From an uncultured Thermoleophilia bacterium (GTDB taxonomy: Bacteria > Actinomycetota > Thermoleophilia > Gaiellales > F1-60-MAGs149): 64,000 bases of DNA. Where the stretch lies: NCBI GenBank assembly GCA_963800515.1, contig CAWDBC010000013.1, forward strand, positions 19,990 through 83,989, given 5' to 3'. Shown here one piece after another: positions 30,982 to 40,385 of the stretch (position 1 is its first letter; each line of letters starts with the position of its first letter). The notes below the pieces were generated by a model, which saw only the letters and a list, made by a program, of their open reading frames with translations, had not been told where the DNA came from and did no database searches. The translations under genes and the position numbers were made by a program.

Positions 30982-33900
30982 CTATGTCCCCGAGCCCGGC
31001 CGCCCGGCTACGGGATGGGACGCTCCCGGGGAACTGCCTCGTCGTCGCCGTCGGAGGGCGGCGCGGCCGGTGTCGTGTCGGCGCCGTCGGACGGTGGCCC
31101 GCCGGTCCCGGCGGGGCCCGTCGCCCGAGGCACGGACGACCACCACCGGGTGCTCGCGGCCATCGGGCGCGGGGATCGGCGACGCCGGAGCCGGAGGCGC
31201 CTCGGCCTCGCCCGGTCCGGTCCCCGGCGGGCCGGGCGGAGGCCGCCCGGGGTCCTCGTCTCCGGTGCCGGGCCGACCCGTCGGATCGATCACGCCGCCG
31301 CTCCGATCGGGCGGCTCGCCGTTCCCGGCGGGCGCCTCGTCGCCCGAGGCGCGGACGACCACCACCGGGTGCTCGCGGCCATCGGGCGCGGGGATCGGCG
31401 ACGCCGGAGCCGGAGCCGCCTCGGCCTCGCCCGGTCCGGTCCCCGGCGGGCCGGCCGGAGGCCGCCCGGGGTCCTCGTCTCGGGTACCGCGCCGACCCGT
31501 CGGGTCGATCACGCCGCTGCTCCGATCGGCCGGCCCGCCGGGCCTCGGCTCGGTCGTCCGGTCGGCTCCCGGCGCGCGCGGACGCTCGGCATCGCGAGCG
31601 GGATCGCGGGCCCCGTCGGAGGCGTCGGCGTCGGCGTCGTCGTCCGCGCGCCTCGGCTCTCCGGCCGCGCGGTCTTCGGCGCCCGCGGCGGCCTCGGCCG
31701 CCTCGGCGAAGGAGCGCGTCCCGGAGATCGTCGCGGGGGCATCGGTCCGATCGGCGGCCGCTCCTCGCCCGTTCTCGGCGGCCTCGTTCTCCGGGTCCTC
31801 CGTCGCCTCCCGGGCCTCGGCCTCGGCGTGCAGCTCGGCGAACGAGCGGGTCCCCGGGATCACGGCCGCCTCCTTCTCCTCCTGCTCCTCCTTCTGCTCC
31901 GCCTCCATCTCCTCGAACGACGTGCGCGGCCAGCGGCCGGCCTCGCCGAACGTCGAGATCAGCGAGGGGACGAGGAGCGTCCGGACGATGAACGCGTCGG
32001 CGAGCACGCCGACGGCGAGTCCGAACGCCAGCTCGCGGAAGGTCCCCACCTGGACGAGCGCCAGCAGGCCGAAGCTCGCCGCGAGCGCGAGGCCGGCGAT
32101 GGTGACGGGGCCGGTGGTCGTCGACTGCCCGACCGCCAGGGCCTCCGCGAGCGGCCGCCGCTTCGCCTCCTGCCAGATCCGGCCGGTCACGAAGATCGTG
32201 TAGTCGGAGCCGAAGGCGAGGAGGAGCACGGCCACGACGAGGGGGACGTAGTAGACCACCTCGGGATGGTCGAGGCCGCGCTGGAGGAAGAGCTCCATCG
32301 CGCCGAGCGCGGTCGCGAGCCCGAGCGCGCTGGCGCCCAGGAGGTAGAGGGCGGCCAGGGGCGCCCGGAGGAAGAGCAGGATGAGGAGGAAGTTGGCGGC
32401 GAGGGCGACGACGGCGATCCGCACGAAGTCGCTCGACACGGCGTCGACGGTCTCCTTGGCGAGGGCGGTGTCCCCGCCGATGCTCACGCGCACGTCGGCG
32501 AGGCCGGATGCGGCGAGGAGGCTCGGCAGCTTCTGCTCGAGCGAGCCCACCGTCTGGATCCCGCTCGCGCCGAAGGGGTCGTCGGTGAGGATCACCGCCA
32601 TCCGGGCCGCCGTGCCGTCCGAGCGGACGATCGCGCCGTCCGGGACGCCGGTCACGTTCTCCCGCGGCCCGATCACGCCCGCGACGCCGGGCTCGCGCTG
32701 GAGCAGGTCCTCCAGGTTCGAGAGCTGGGCGTGCTTCTGTCCGATCCCGGCCCCCTCCAGGATCAGCTCCGAGGGCGCGATCGCCCCCGGGCGATCGCCC
32801 TGCTCGCGGCGTCGGCCGCGCGGGCCGGCTCGGAGGAGGACGGCAGCGAGCGGATCAGCGAGAAGCCGAGGTGCATCCGGGGCGCCGCCGAGGCGACGTA
32901 GCCGAGGCAGGCGCAGATGATGACCGCGAGGAGGAACGCGCGGCCGCGGTGGGCGATCAGCCGGCTCGCGAGGGTGTGCCGCTCCGGATGGGGCGGATCG
33001 TCGCGGACGCCGCGCGGCCAGAAGAGGGCGCTGCCGAAGGTGGCGATGATCGCCGGCACGAGGGTGATGGAGACGAGGACGCCGACGATGACGGTGCCGG
33101 CGAGCGCGGGCCCGAGGGAGCGGAAGAACGGCAGGTGGGCGACCGCGAGCGTCGCCGTGGAGGCGGCGACGACGACGCCGGCCAGGAGGATCAGCGGGCC
33201 GGACTCCCGCACGGCGGCGGCGGCGGCCTCGCGGCGCTCGACCCCCTGCTCCAGGCGGCGCCGGGCCGAGGAGAGGAGGAAGATCGTGTAGTCGGTGACG
33301 ATCCCGAGGAGGAGCACGAGCATCACCGGCTCGAGCTCCTCCGGGATCGGCCGGTCGAACCGCTGCCCCAGCCACTGCACCGCCCAGATCGCGGTGACGA
33401 AGGAGACCCCGACGGCGGCGAGCGCGGGCAGCGGGGCGAGGACGGAGCGGAAGTGGAGGCTGAGGATGAGCACGATCAGGACGATCGTGCCGGCGTCGAT
33501 CAGCGTCAGCGCGTCCGAGATCTGCCGGAACTGCTCGAGGAGGGCGGGCGCCGCGCCGGTCACGCCGACGAGGCCGTCCTCCGGGCGGCCCGCGGTCGCC
33601 TTGGCGAAGGCGCGCGCGACGGACTCCTGCTGCTCGAGGGAGTACTTCTGCGGAAAGAAGAGATAGGTGACGGCCGTGGAGCGCGGCTCCCGGCTCCTCG
33701 GGATCACGTTCAGCTCGTTGACGAGCGGCAGCGCGTAGGCGAGCTCCGGGAACGGCCGGTCCTTCTTCGCGACGAGGTCGACGGACCGCTGCGCCACCCG
33801 CGCCCTGGCGTCCGTCGAGAGGCCGCCGGGCACCCGCTGGACCATCGCGATCTCGCTCAGGATCGGGGCCTGGAAGAGCTCGACCGAGCGCTGGCGGGCG

Positions 33901-34043
33901 AGGAGCGCCGGGGCGTTCGCCGGCACGAGGTTCCCGAACTCGTCCGACGAGGTCGCGGCCGGGGGGCCCGTGTAGTGATTGGCCGCGACGGCGATCGCGA
34001 TCCAGGCGAGGATCACGACGTATCGCAGCCGTACGAGTATCAC
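30982..34043 (-). CDS. MMPL/RND-family transporter with long disordered C-terminal tail (frameshift near 32780)
   Basis: VTGAAP, LLLGIVTDYTIFLLS, FGSDYTIFVTGR, VTIAGLALAASF, GVLADAFIVRTLLVP. Confidence 0.88.
31119..31534. repeat. Two near-identical ~197-bp copies with 219-bp (73-codon) period in the MMPL tail
   Basis: Copies start at 31119 and 31338; both encode DRSxGVIDPTGRxGTxDEDPGRPPxGPPGTGPGEAEAxPAPASPIPAPDGREHPVVVVRASGD. Confidence 0.9.
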
Positions 34044-34069
34044 GTCCCGTCACCCATCGCCTCGCCAAC

Positions 34070-34097
34070 GTACCCGTCGAGGGGGTCCGACGACACC
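34070..34097 (-). promoter_or_regulatory. SigF/SigB-type promoter candidate for the MMPL gene
   Basis: Minus strand GGTGT-N17-GGGTAC, 26 nt upstream of the start; compare mycobacterial SigF consensus GGWWT-N16/17-GGGTAY. Confidence 0.5.
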
Positions 34098-34252
34098 TCG
34101 CGGAGCCCCGGCCGGGGCGCCGATTCGGCGAGGTGCGCTACAATCACATACACGGCACCGGTACCACCCCCGGCCGGAGCCGCGCGCCGGAATACCCCGG
34201 CGGGGCCATCGAGACGTTCCTCGAAGGGCCCGATTCTTCGATCTGGAGTCTC

Positions 34253-35596
34253 ATGACCAGCACGTTCGCCGAGCTCGGCGTTCCCGCCGACCTGTGCACG
34301 GCCCTTGCGGAGCGCGGCATCACCGCCGCATTCCCCATCCAGGCCGCCACCCTCCCGGACGGCCTCGCCGGCCGCGACGTCTCCGGACGCGCGCCGACTG
34401 GCTCGGGCAAGACCATCGCCTTCGGGCTCGCCATGATCGCCCGGCTCGATCGGCGCGCCCGTCCGAAGCGCCCGAGGGGCCTCGTCCTCGTCCCCACCCG
34501 CGAGCTCGCCGACCAGGTGACGCGCGAGCTGCAGGCGCTCGGCGCGCCGCGGCAGGTGACGGTGGTCGCGGTCTACGGCGGCACCGGCTACCACATCCAG
34601 CGCAAGCTGCTCCGCCGCGGCACCGACGTGCTCGTGGCCTGCCCCGGCCGCCTCGAGGACCTGCTGGCGCAGGGCGACCTCGTGCTCTCCGACGTCGAGC
34701 TCGTCACCGTCGACGAGGCCGATCGGATGGCCGACATGGGCTTCCTGCCCGCCGTCCGGCGGATCCTCGACCTGACCTCGCCCGATCGGCAGACGCTCCT
34801 CTACTCGGCGACGCTCGACGGCGACGTGGACGTGCTCGTCCGCCGCTACCAGAAGGATCCGGTCCGGCACGAGGTGGAGCTCGATCTGGCCGGGACCGGC
34901 GACATCCGCCACGTCTTCCTCGCCGTGGACCGAGACGACCGCGTGGCGGTCACCGCCGACGTGGTGACGCGCCATCAGCCGGCCATCATCTTCACCCGCA
35001 CGCGGCACGGGGCGGATCGCCTCGTCAAGCAGCTCGCCCGCGAAGGAGTGAGCGCCGTCCCGATCCACGGCAACCGGACGCAGCCGCAGCGGACGAAGGC
35101 GCTCGCCGCCTTCAGCTCCGGCGAGGCGACGGTGCTCGTCGCCACCGACGTCGCGGCCCGCGGCATCCACGTCGACGACGTCGCCTGCGTCGTCCACTAC
35201 GACCCGCCGGCCGACGCCAAGGACTACGTCCACCGCTCCGGCCGCACCGGTCGCGCCGGCGCCGACGGCGCCGTCTACTCGCTCGTCGAGGAGTCGACCC
35301 GCGGTCAGGTCCGGACGATGATGCGCAAGCTCGGGATGGACCAGCAGATCGAACGCGCCGACGGGCGTCCCGCCGATCGGCCGGCCGCGCCGGCCCGCCG
35401 CTTCGATCGCTCGCCCCGGGGCGACCGGCTCGTCGCCGGAGCCGCCGCGCCCCGCTCCTCCGAGGGCCACGCCGCGACCGAGCCGCGGCGGGAGCCCGGT
35501 CGCCGGCCGGCCCGTCCGGCCGCCCATCCGGGCGACTGGCGGCCGCGCCCCAAGCCGGGCAAGGGCCGGCGCCGGACGGGCGAGCGCCCGAGCTGA
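34253..35596 (+). CDS. DEAD-box RNA helicase (RhlE/DeaD-like)
   Basis: GGAG RBS; FPIQ Q-motif, APTGSGKT, PTRELA, DEAD, SAT, ARGIHV, HRSGRTGRAG; Arg-rich tail. Confidence 0.95.
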   Translation: MTSTFAELGVPADLCTALAERGITAAFPIQAATLPDGLAGRDVSGRAPTGSGKTIAFGLAMIARLDRRARPKRPRGLVLVPTRELADQVTRELQALGAPRQVTVVAVYGGTGYHIQRKLLRRGTDVLVACPGRLEDLLAQGDLVLSDVELVTVDEADRMADMGFLPAVRRILDLTSPDRQTLLYSATLDGDVDVLVRRYQKDPVRHEVELDLAGTGDIRHVFLAVDRDDRVAVTADVVTRHQPAIIFTRTRHGADRLVKQLAREGVSAVPIHGNRTQPQRTKALAAFSSGEATVLVATDVAARGIHVDDVACVVHYDPPADAKDYVHRSGRTGRAGADGAVYSLVEESTRGQVRTMMRKLGMDQQIERADGRPADRPAAPARRFDRSPRGDRLVAGAAAPRSSEGHAATEPRREPGRRPARPAAHPGDWRPRPKPGKGRRRTGERPS

Positions 35597-35721
35597 GCGA
35601 ACGGTCCTCGCGCCCACGGCGGTGCGAGGCGGTCCGGCGCCCGCTCTGGCGCGCGGGCCCGCGTCCAGCCTCGCGCACCGCGGCGCCGCACGCCCTCGCT
35701 CTCGGGTGCGCGCCGGTACTC

Positions 35722-35756
35722 CGCGCCCCAGACCGCATCGAGCGGGCTGGGGCGCG
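35722..35756. terminator. GC hairpin between convergent genes
   Basis: CGCGCCCCAG...CTGGGGCGCG with inner CCGC/GCGG pairing. Confidence 0.45.
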
Positions 35757-35796
35757 AAACGATCCCGCGGCCTCCGGCGTCGCCCCGAGGCGAGCG

Positions 35797-36882
35797 TCAG
35801 CGGCGCGCGTCCGCCGCGGCGATCGTCGCCCCGACGCCGAGGCCGTAGGCGAGATGGAACGCGAGATCCTGGGCGTGCTCGCCCGCGCTGAGCGTCTTCG
35901 CCGGCGGCGAGACGTCGACGCGGGGCAGGAGGTACTCCTCGAACGCCCACGCCAGGAGCCCGAAGATCGCGCCGTCGACGAGCGGCGACGGGTCGTCGCG
36001 GGATTCCTCGACCAGCGCGAAGACCGCGCCGAGCGTGATCCCGTAGCCGACGTGCACGACGTTCGTCGCGAACTCGATCTTGTCCGGGCCGAGCGGCCCC
36101 TGGCGGAGCACGCCCTCCCAGATCCTCCGGCCGACCTTCGCCGGAGACGGCGCGTCCTGCCACGGGTCGCGGTCCTCGCCGCCGCCGGCGCCGGCCGGAG
36201 CCGGCGAGGCCTTGGCGAGGCCCCGCTGCGCCGCGTCCATCGCCGCCATGCCGACGAGGCCGGCCGCCGCCCCGATCGCCACCGTGGTCAGCGGCCGCCG
36301 GCGCTTGCGCACCGGCTTCGAGAGCGCCGTCGGCGCGAGGGCCGTCAGCGCCCCGCCGACGTCGATCCCCGCCGCCTGCTCGGCGAGCCACGACCGCGCC
36401 TCCCCGGCGAGCGTCCGCGCCTGGTCGGCTCCCGCGCTCGCCGCGTCCGACGCGCGGCTCGCGGTCGCGGCGGCCGCCGCGCTGCCCGCCGCGGCGGCGC
36501 TCGCCTTGATCGCGTCCACGCGCTCGGCCGCGAGCGCCTGGACCTGCCGCCGCCGCCGGAAGAACCGCTTGCGGCGACGGCGACCCTCCTGCAGCGCCGC
36601 CTTACGCGCCTCGGCCGCCGAACGAACGGCCAGCCGGCGCGCGGCCTCGGCCTGCTTCTTCGCCACCTTGCGCCGCGATCGTGCCGATGTCCGGACGCGG
36701 CGCCGCCACCGACCGCCGACCTCCTCGGACCGCCCCAGGACCTCGGACTTGCCCGTCTGCGCCAGGTCGGCGATCGCTCCACTGCCCTTCTGGGCGAGCT
36801 CGGAGACGGCGTCGGCGGCGGCCGTGATCGGACGTTCGATCGTCGCGGTGACCCGGTCGGACAGCGATTCGCGTGTGCGCAC
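35797..36882 (-). CDS. Hypothetical membrane protein (Ala/Arg-rich N-terminus, DUF1440-like C-terminal membrane domain)
   Basis: GAAGGG RBS then GTG 36882. GAAAGLVGMAAMD...PAKVGRR...VHVGYGITLGAVF...HLAYGLGVG. Confidence 0.7.
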   Translation of the reverse strand: MRTRESLSDRVTATIERPITAAADAVSELAQKGSGAIADLAQTGKSEVLGRSEEVGGRWRRRVRTSARSRRKVAKKQAEAARRLAVRSAAEARKAALQEGRRRRKRFFRRRRQVQALAAERVDAIKASAAAAGSAAAAATASRASDAASAGADQARTLAGEARSWLAEQAAGIDVGGALTALAPTALSKPVRKRRRPLTTVAIGAAAGLVGMAAMDAAQRGLAKASPAPAGAGGGEDRDPWQDAPSPAKVGRRIWEGVLRQGPLGPDKIEFATNVVHVGYGITLGAVFALVEESRDDPSPLVDGAIFGLLAWAFEEYLLPRVDVSPPAKTLSAGEHAQDLAFHLAYGLGVGATIAAADARR

Positions 36883-36947
36883 GGCTGGAGGTCCCTTCTC
36901 GGCTTCGAGCCCGGTCGGTGCCGGGTCGCGGGCTTGAGGACGGCGAG

Positions 36948-38123
36948 CTATCCCGGCACGGTAGCCAACGCGCGGGCGAGGTCCGTCCACAGGTCCTCGA
37001 CGTCCTCGAGGCCGACGGAGAAGCGGATCAACGTGTCGGGCGTCCCCCGGTCCGCCTCCTCGGGGTACCGGGCCCGGCGCTCGGCGAGCGACTGCACGCC
37101 ACCGAGGCTCGTGGCGTGGAGGATCACGCGCAGGCTCTCGCAGACGCGCTCGGCGTCGGCGGCCTGGCCGGCGGTCTCGAACGAGATCATCGTGCCGAAC
37201 CCGGAGAGGAGGCCCGAGGCGCGCTCGTGGCCGGGATCGGAGGCGAGCCCCGGGTAGCGCACGCGCGTGACCACGGGATGCTCGTCGAGCCGGGCGGCGA
37301 GGACGCCGGCGGTCGCCTGCTGCCGCTCGAGGCGGACGTGGAGCGTCCGCAGCCCGCGGAGCGCGAGGTACGACTCCAGGGCGCCGGGGATCGCGCCGGT
37401 GTTGGTCCTCCGGTACCGCAACCGCTCCAGACGGTCCGGATCGCGAGTCACGAGCACCCCCATCAGCAGGTCCTCGTGGCCGGAGATGATCTTCGTCGCC
37501 GAGTGCATGACCACGTCGGCTCCGTGGTCGAGCGGACGGACGAGGAGCGGCGAGGCGAAGGTCGAGTCGACGACGACGAGCGCGCCGGCCGCGCGACCGG
37601 CGCGGCAGAGCACCGGCAGGTCGGCGATCTCCATCGTCGGATTGACCGGCGACTCGATCCAGACGAGGTCGGCGCCGTCGATCGCCGCGACCACGGCGCC
37701 GGTGTCGCCGATGTCGACGAGCCGCAGCTCCATCCGGCCGAGCCGCGCCTGCTCGCCGAAGAGCTCGCCGACGCCGAAGTAGGGGCCCTTCGGGAGGACG
37801 GCCACGGTGCCGGTCGGCATCCCCTCGATGACGGCCGCCGCCGCCGCCAGGCCGGACGCGAACGCGAGCGCCTCCCCGCCCTCGAGACCCCCGAGCGCCG
37901 TCTCGAAGGCGACGATCGTGTCGGAGCCGGAGCGGGCGTAGTTCACCTCGCCGTTCGCCCGGTACGTCGAGGAGAGGACGACGGGGACGTTGACGGCCGC
38001 CCCGACCGCCTCGGGCGGACGGCCGAGATGGACGATGCGCGTGGCGGGTGCGAGGTCGGCGCCGGCCACGGCGGGAGCGAGGTCGGCGCCGGTCACGGCG
38101 GGAGCGAGGTCGGCGCTGGTCAC
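36948..38123 (-). CDS. PLP-dependent trans-sulfuration enzyme (cystathionine gamma-synthase/lyase family)
   Basis: VVLSSTY, YAR, FASGLAA, ESPVNP, VDSTFASP, HSATK (PLP Lys), ATSLGGVQSL, IRFSVGLED. Confidence 0.92.
   Translation of the reverse strand: MTSADLAPAVTGADLAPAVAGADLAPATRIVHLGRPPEAVGAAVNVPVVLSSTYRANGEVNYARSGSDTIVAFETALGGLEGGEALAFASGLAAAAAVIEGMPTGTVAVLPKGPYFGVGELFGEQARLGRMELRLVDIGDTGAVVAAIDGADLVWIESPVNPTMEIADLPVLCRAGRAAGALVVVDSTFASPLLVRPLDHGADVVMHSATKIISGHEDLLMGVLVTRDPDRLERLRYRRTNTGAIPGALESYLALRGLRTLHVRLERQQATAGVLAARLDEHPVVTRVRYPGLASDPGHERASGLLSGFGTMISFETAGQAADAERVCESLRVILHATSLGGVQSLAERRARYPEEADRGTPDTLIRFSVGLEDVEDLWTDLARALATVPG
38043..38123 (-). repeat. Three tandem 27-bp units at the 5' end of the trans-sulfuration gene
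   Basis: Units 38043-38069, 38070-38096 and 38097-38123 encode V(T/A)(S/G)ADLAPA; each starts with GTG. Confidence 0.9.
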
Positions 38124-38259
38124 GCAGGGAGCCTAGACGAGCCCGCCGGGCCGCCTGCGCGCAGGTCGGGCCGAGGTCGACCGGGCGCGCCTGCCGCATC
38201 CGGCGCCCCGTCCCGGCTGCGGGCGGGCGCCCCGCCTCGATCCCCTAGCGTCCACGCCG

Positions 38260-39159
38260 GTGTCGGGCTACGAGACGCAGCGACGGGAGCTCCGGCGGTT
38301 CTGGCTCGCCGAGGGCAGCCTCGCGGCGGTCGAATGGACGGACGGCCTCGCGGAGAGGATCGACCGCTGCGCGCGGCGCTTCGCCCTCCAGGTCGGAGAG
38401 CCGCTGCCGGGGGGCTCGCTGGCCATGGTCCTCGCCGCCACGACCCGGGCCGGCGCGCCGGTCGTGCTCAAGCTGAACCCTCCGCTCCCGGAGCTGGCCC
38501 TCGAGCCGGCGGCGCTCGCCGCCATGGGCGGGCGGGGCGCCGTGCGGATCCTCGATGCCGACCGATCCCTCGGCGGGCTCGTCCTCGAGCGGGCCGAGCC
38601 GGGCGGCTCGCTCGAGGCAGCGCTCCCCGTCCTGGAGGCGCTCGAGATCGCCGGGCGGGTCGCCGCGAGGACGCACGTCGAGCTCCCGCCAGGCCATCCG
38701 TTCCCGAGCGGATCCGTGTACCTCGCCCGGATCGCGATCGAGCTGCCGCTCCGCCACGTGTTCGCGGCGCGTGCGCTGCCGGCCGACGTGCTCGAGCTGA
38801 CGCTCGACGCCTGCGCCCGTCTGGCCGAGCGGCGGGCCGGCATCGGGCTCGCCAACGAGGACCTCCACCTCGGGAACATCCTCGCCGGGGCGCGGGAGCC
38901 CTGGCTCCTGATCGACCCGAAGCCGTGGGCCGCCGAGCTCGCCTTCTCGGCGGGCTACCTCCTGCGCTCCGCCTGTGGGGGCCTTCCTCCGGGCGCCGTC
39001 GCCGAGGCGCTCGCCGTCGTCGCCAGTGCGCTCGGGGTCCCGTGGCAGCCGGTCCGGGACTGGGCGCTCGTCCGCGCGGCCGCCGGCGTCTACGAGCGCG
39101 GCGGCGGGCCCGATCCGGAGTCGGACCTCGCGCTCGCCGCCACGCTCAGCCGCCTGTGA
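38260..39159 (+). CDS. Aminoglycoside/hydroxyurea phosphotransferase-like kinase (APH(6) family)
   Basis: GGSLAMV, VVLKL, GRGAVRIL, LVLERAEPG, DLHLGNIL, WLLIDPKP. Confidence 0.82.
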   Translation: MSGYETQRRELRRFWLAEGSLAAVEWTDGLAERIDRCARRFALQVGEPLPGGSLAMVLAATTRAGAPVVLKLNPPLPELALEPAALAAMGGRGAVRILDADRSLGGLVLERAEPGGSLEAALPVLEALEIAGRVAARTHVELPPGHPFPSGSVYLARIAIELPLRHVFAARALPADVLELTLDACARLAERRAGIGLANEDLHLGNILAGAREPWLLIDPKPWAAELAFSAGYLLRSACGGLPPGAVAEALAVVASALGVPWQPVRDWALVRAAAGVYERGGGPDPESDLALAATLSRL

Positions 39160-39715
39160 TCACGCTCTGGAGGTCCTGCGTCATCTTCTGGGCGAGCGTC
39201 CGCACCTTCGCGGCGTCTCCCGCCTCGGCGGCCGCCCGGATGTCGTTGACGTCCTGGTCGAGGCGCGACGCGCCCGCGTCGTTCGCCTTGTGGAGCTGGT
39301 CCTTGACGCCCGCGTAGTCGCGCTCCAGCTTGTCGGCGGCCGCCTTCACGTCGCCCTGGCCGAGGAGCAGGGCGAGGACGTCCTGGCCCACCGCCACCGC
39401 TGCCTGGCCGGCGCCCGAGTCGAGCGCCGAGGAGATCTGCGACGACTGCGCGGGGGACAGGGACGAGGCGACCTGGGAGAGCGCGGAGGAGGCGGAGGCC
39501 TGGAGGTCGCTCGTCGATCCGGAGGCCGCGGAGAGGGCGCTCTCGGCCTGGGCGACGACGGTCGAGCTCTGCGCGGAGGCGTCGGAGAGGGCGGAGGACG
39601 CGCTCGCCGAGACAGACGACGAGCTCGAGGAGGACGACTTGGAGGAGCTGCCACAGCCCGCGGCCAGGAGGGCGAGGGCGGTCACGGAGAGCACGGCGGC
39701 ACGGGGGGTTCGCAT
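39146..39715 (-). CDS. Hypothetical lipoprotein with Ser/Ala-rich N-terminal half
   Basis: GAAAGG RBS; MRTPRAAVLSVTALALLAAGC lipobox; poly-Ser linker; helical C-terminus. Confidence 0.78.
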   Translation of the reverse strand: MRTPRAAVLSVTALALLAAGCGSSSKSSSSSSSSVSASASSALSDASAQSSTVVAQAESALSAASGSTSDLQASASSALSQVASSLSPAQSSQISSALDSGAGQAAVAVGQDVLALLLGQGDVKAAADKLERDYAGVKDQLHKANDAGASRLDQDVNDIRAAAEAGDAAKVRTLAQKMTQDLQSVITGG

Positions 39716-39782
39716 GCGGGGCCTTTCGTTCGGTAGACCGATCCTACCGTTCCCGCGCGGCGATCCATCTACGCTCCCCGTC

Positions 39783-40385
39783 GTGACGGGGGTCTCCACC
39801 GACGAGGAGAGCCGGGCGGCGAAGGCGGTGCTCCGGGGGTCGCTCCGCGCGAACCGGCGCGCGCTCGCGCCGGCGAGCCTGGCCGCGGCAGGCCAGGCCC
39901 TCGCCGCCCACGCGCCGGTCCTGGCGCGAGGGAGCGTCGCGCTCTTCGTCTCCGCCGGGTCCGAGCCGCCGACGCTGCCCCTGATCGACGTCCTCGTCGA
40001 CCTCGGCGTCCGCGTCCTCCTGCCCGTCCTGGAGGACGACTTGGACCTCGACTGGGCCGTCTACGACGGGGTCGACCGGCTCGTCGAGGGCCGGCGCGGG
40101 ATCCTGGTCCCGGACGGGCCCCGGCTCGGTCGGAGCGCCGTCTCCTCGGCCGAGCTCGTCCTCGTCCCGGCGCTCGCCGTCGGCCGGGACGGGACCCGGC
40201 TCGGCCAGGGCGGCGGGAGCTACGACCGCGCGCTCGGCCGCACCGCGGCGCCGGCCATCGCCGTCGTCCACGACGACGAGGTGCTGGCGACCGTCCCGGT
40301 GGAGGCCCACGATCGCCGGGTCGGCGGGTTCGTGACGCCGGCCGAGGGCGTCGTGAGGATCGGCGAGGGCGGAGGTGCGTGGTGA
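39783..40385 (+). CDS. ygfA: 5-formyltetrahydrofolate cyclo-ligase
   Basis: KAVLR, EPPT, VLLPV, LVPALAVGRDGTRLGQGGGSYDRAL, PVEAHD. Confidence 0.92.
   Translation: MTGVSTDEESRAAKAVLRGSLRANRRALAPASLAAAGQALAAHAPVLARGSVALFVSAGSEPPTLPLIDVLVDLGVRVLLPVLEDDLDLDWAVYDGVDRLVEGRRGILVPDGPRLGRSAVSSAELVLVPALAVGRDGTRLGQGGGSYDRALGRTAAPAIAVVHDDEVLATVPVEAHDRRVGGFVTPAEGVVRIGEGGGAW

Noticed and set aside
39716-39782. 6S RNA upstream of ygfA (common synteny)
   Set aside because: The gap is only 67 bp and holds divergent promoter signals.
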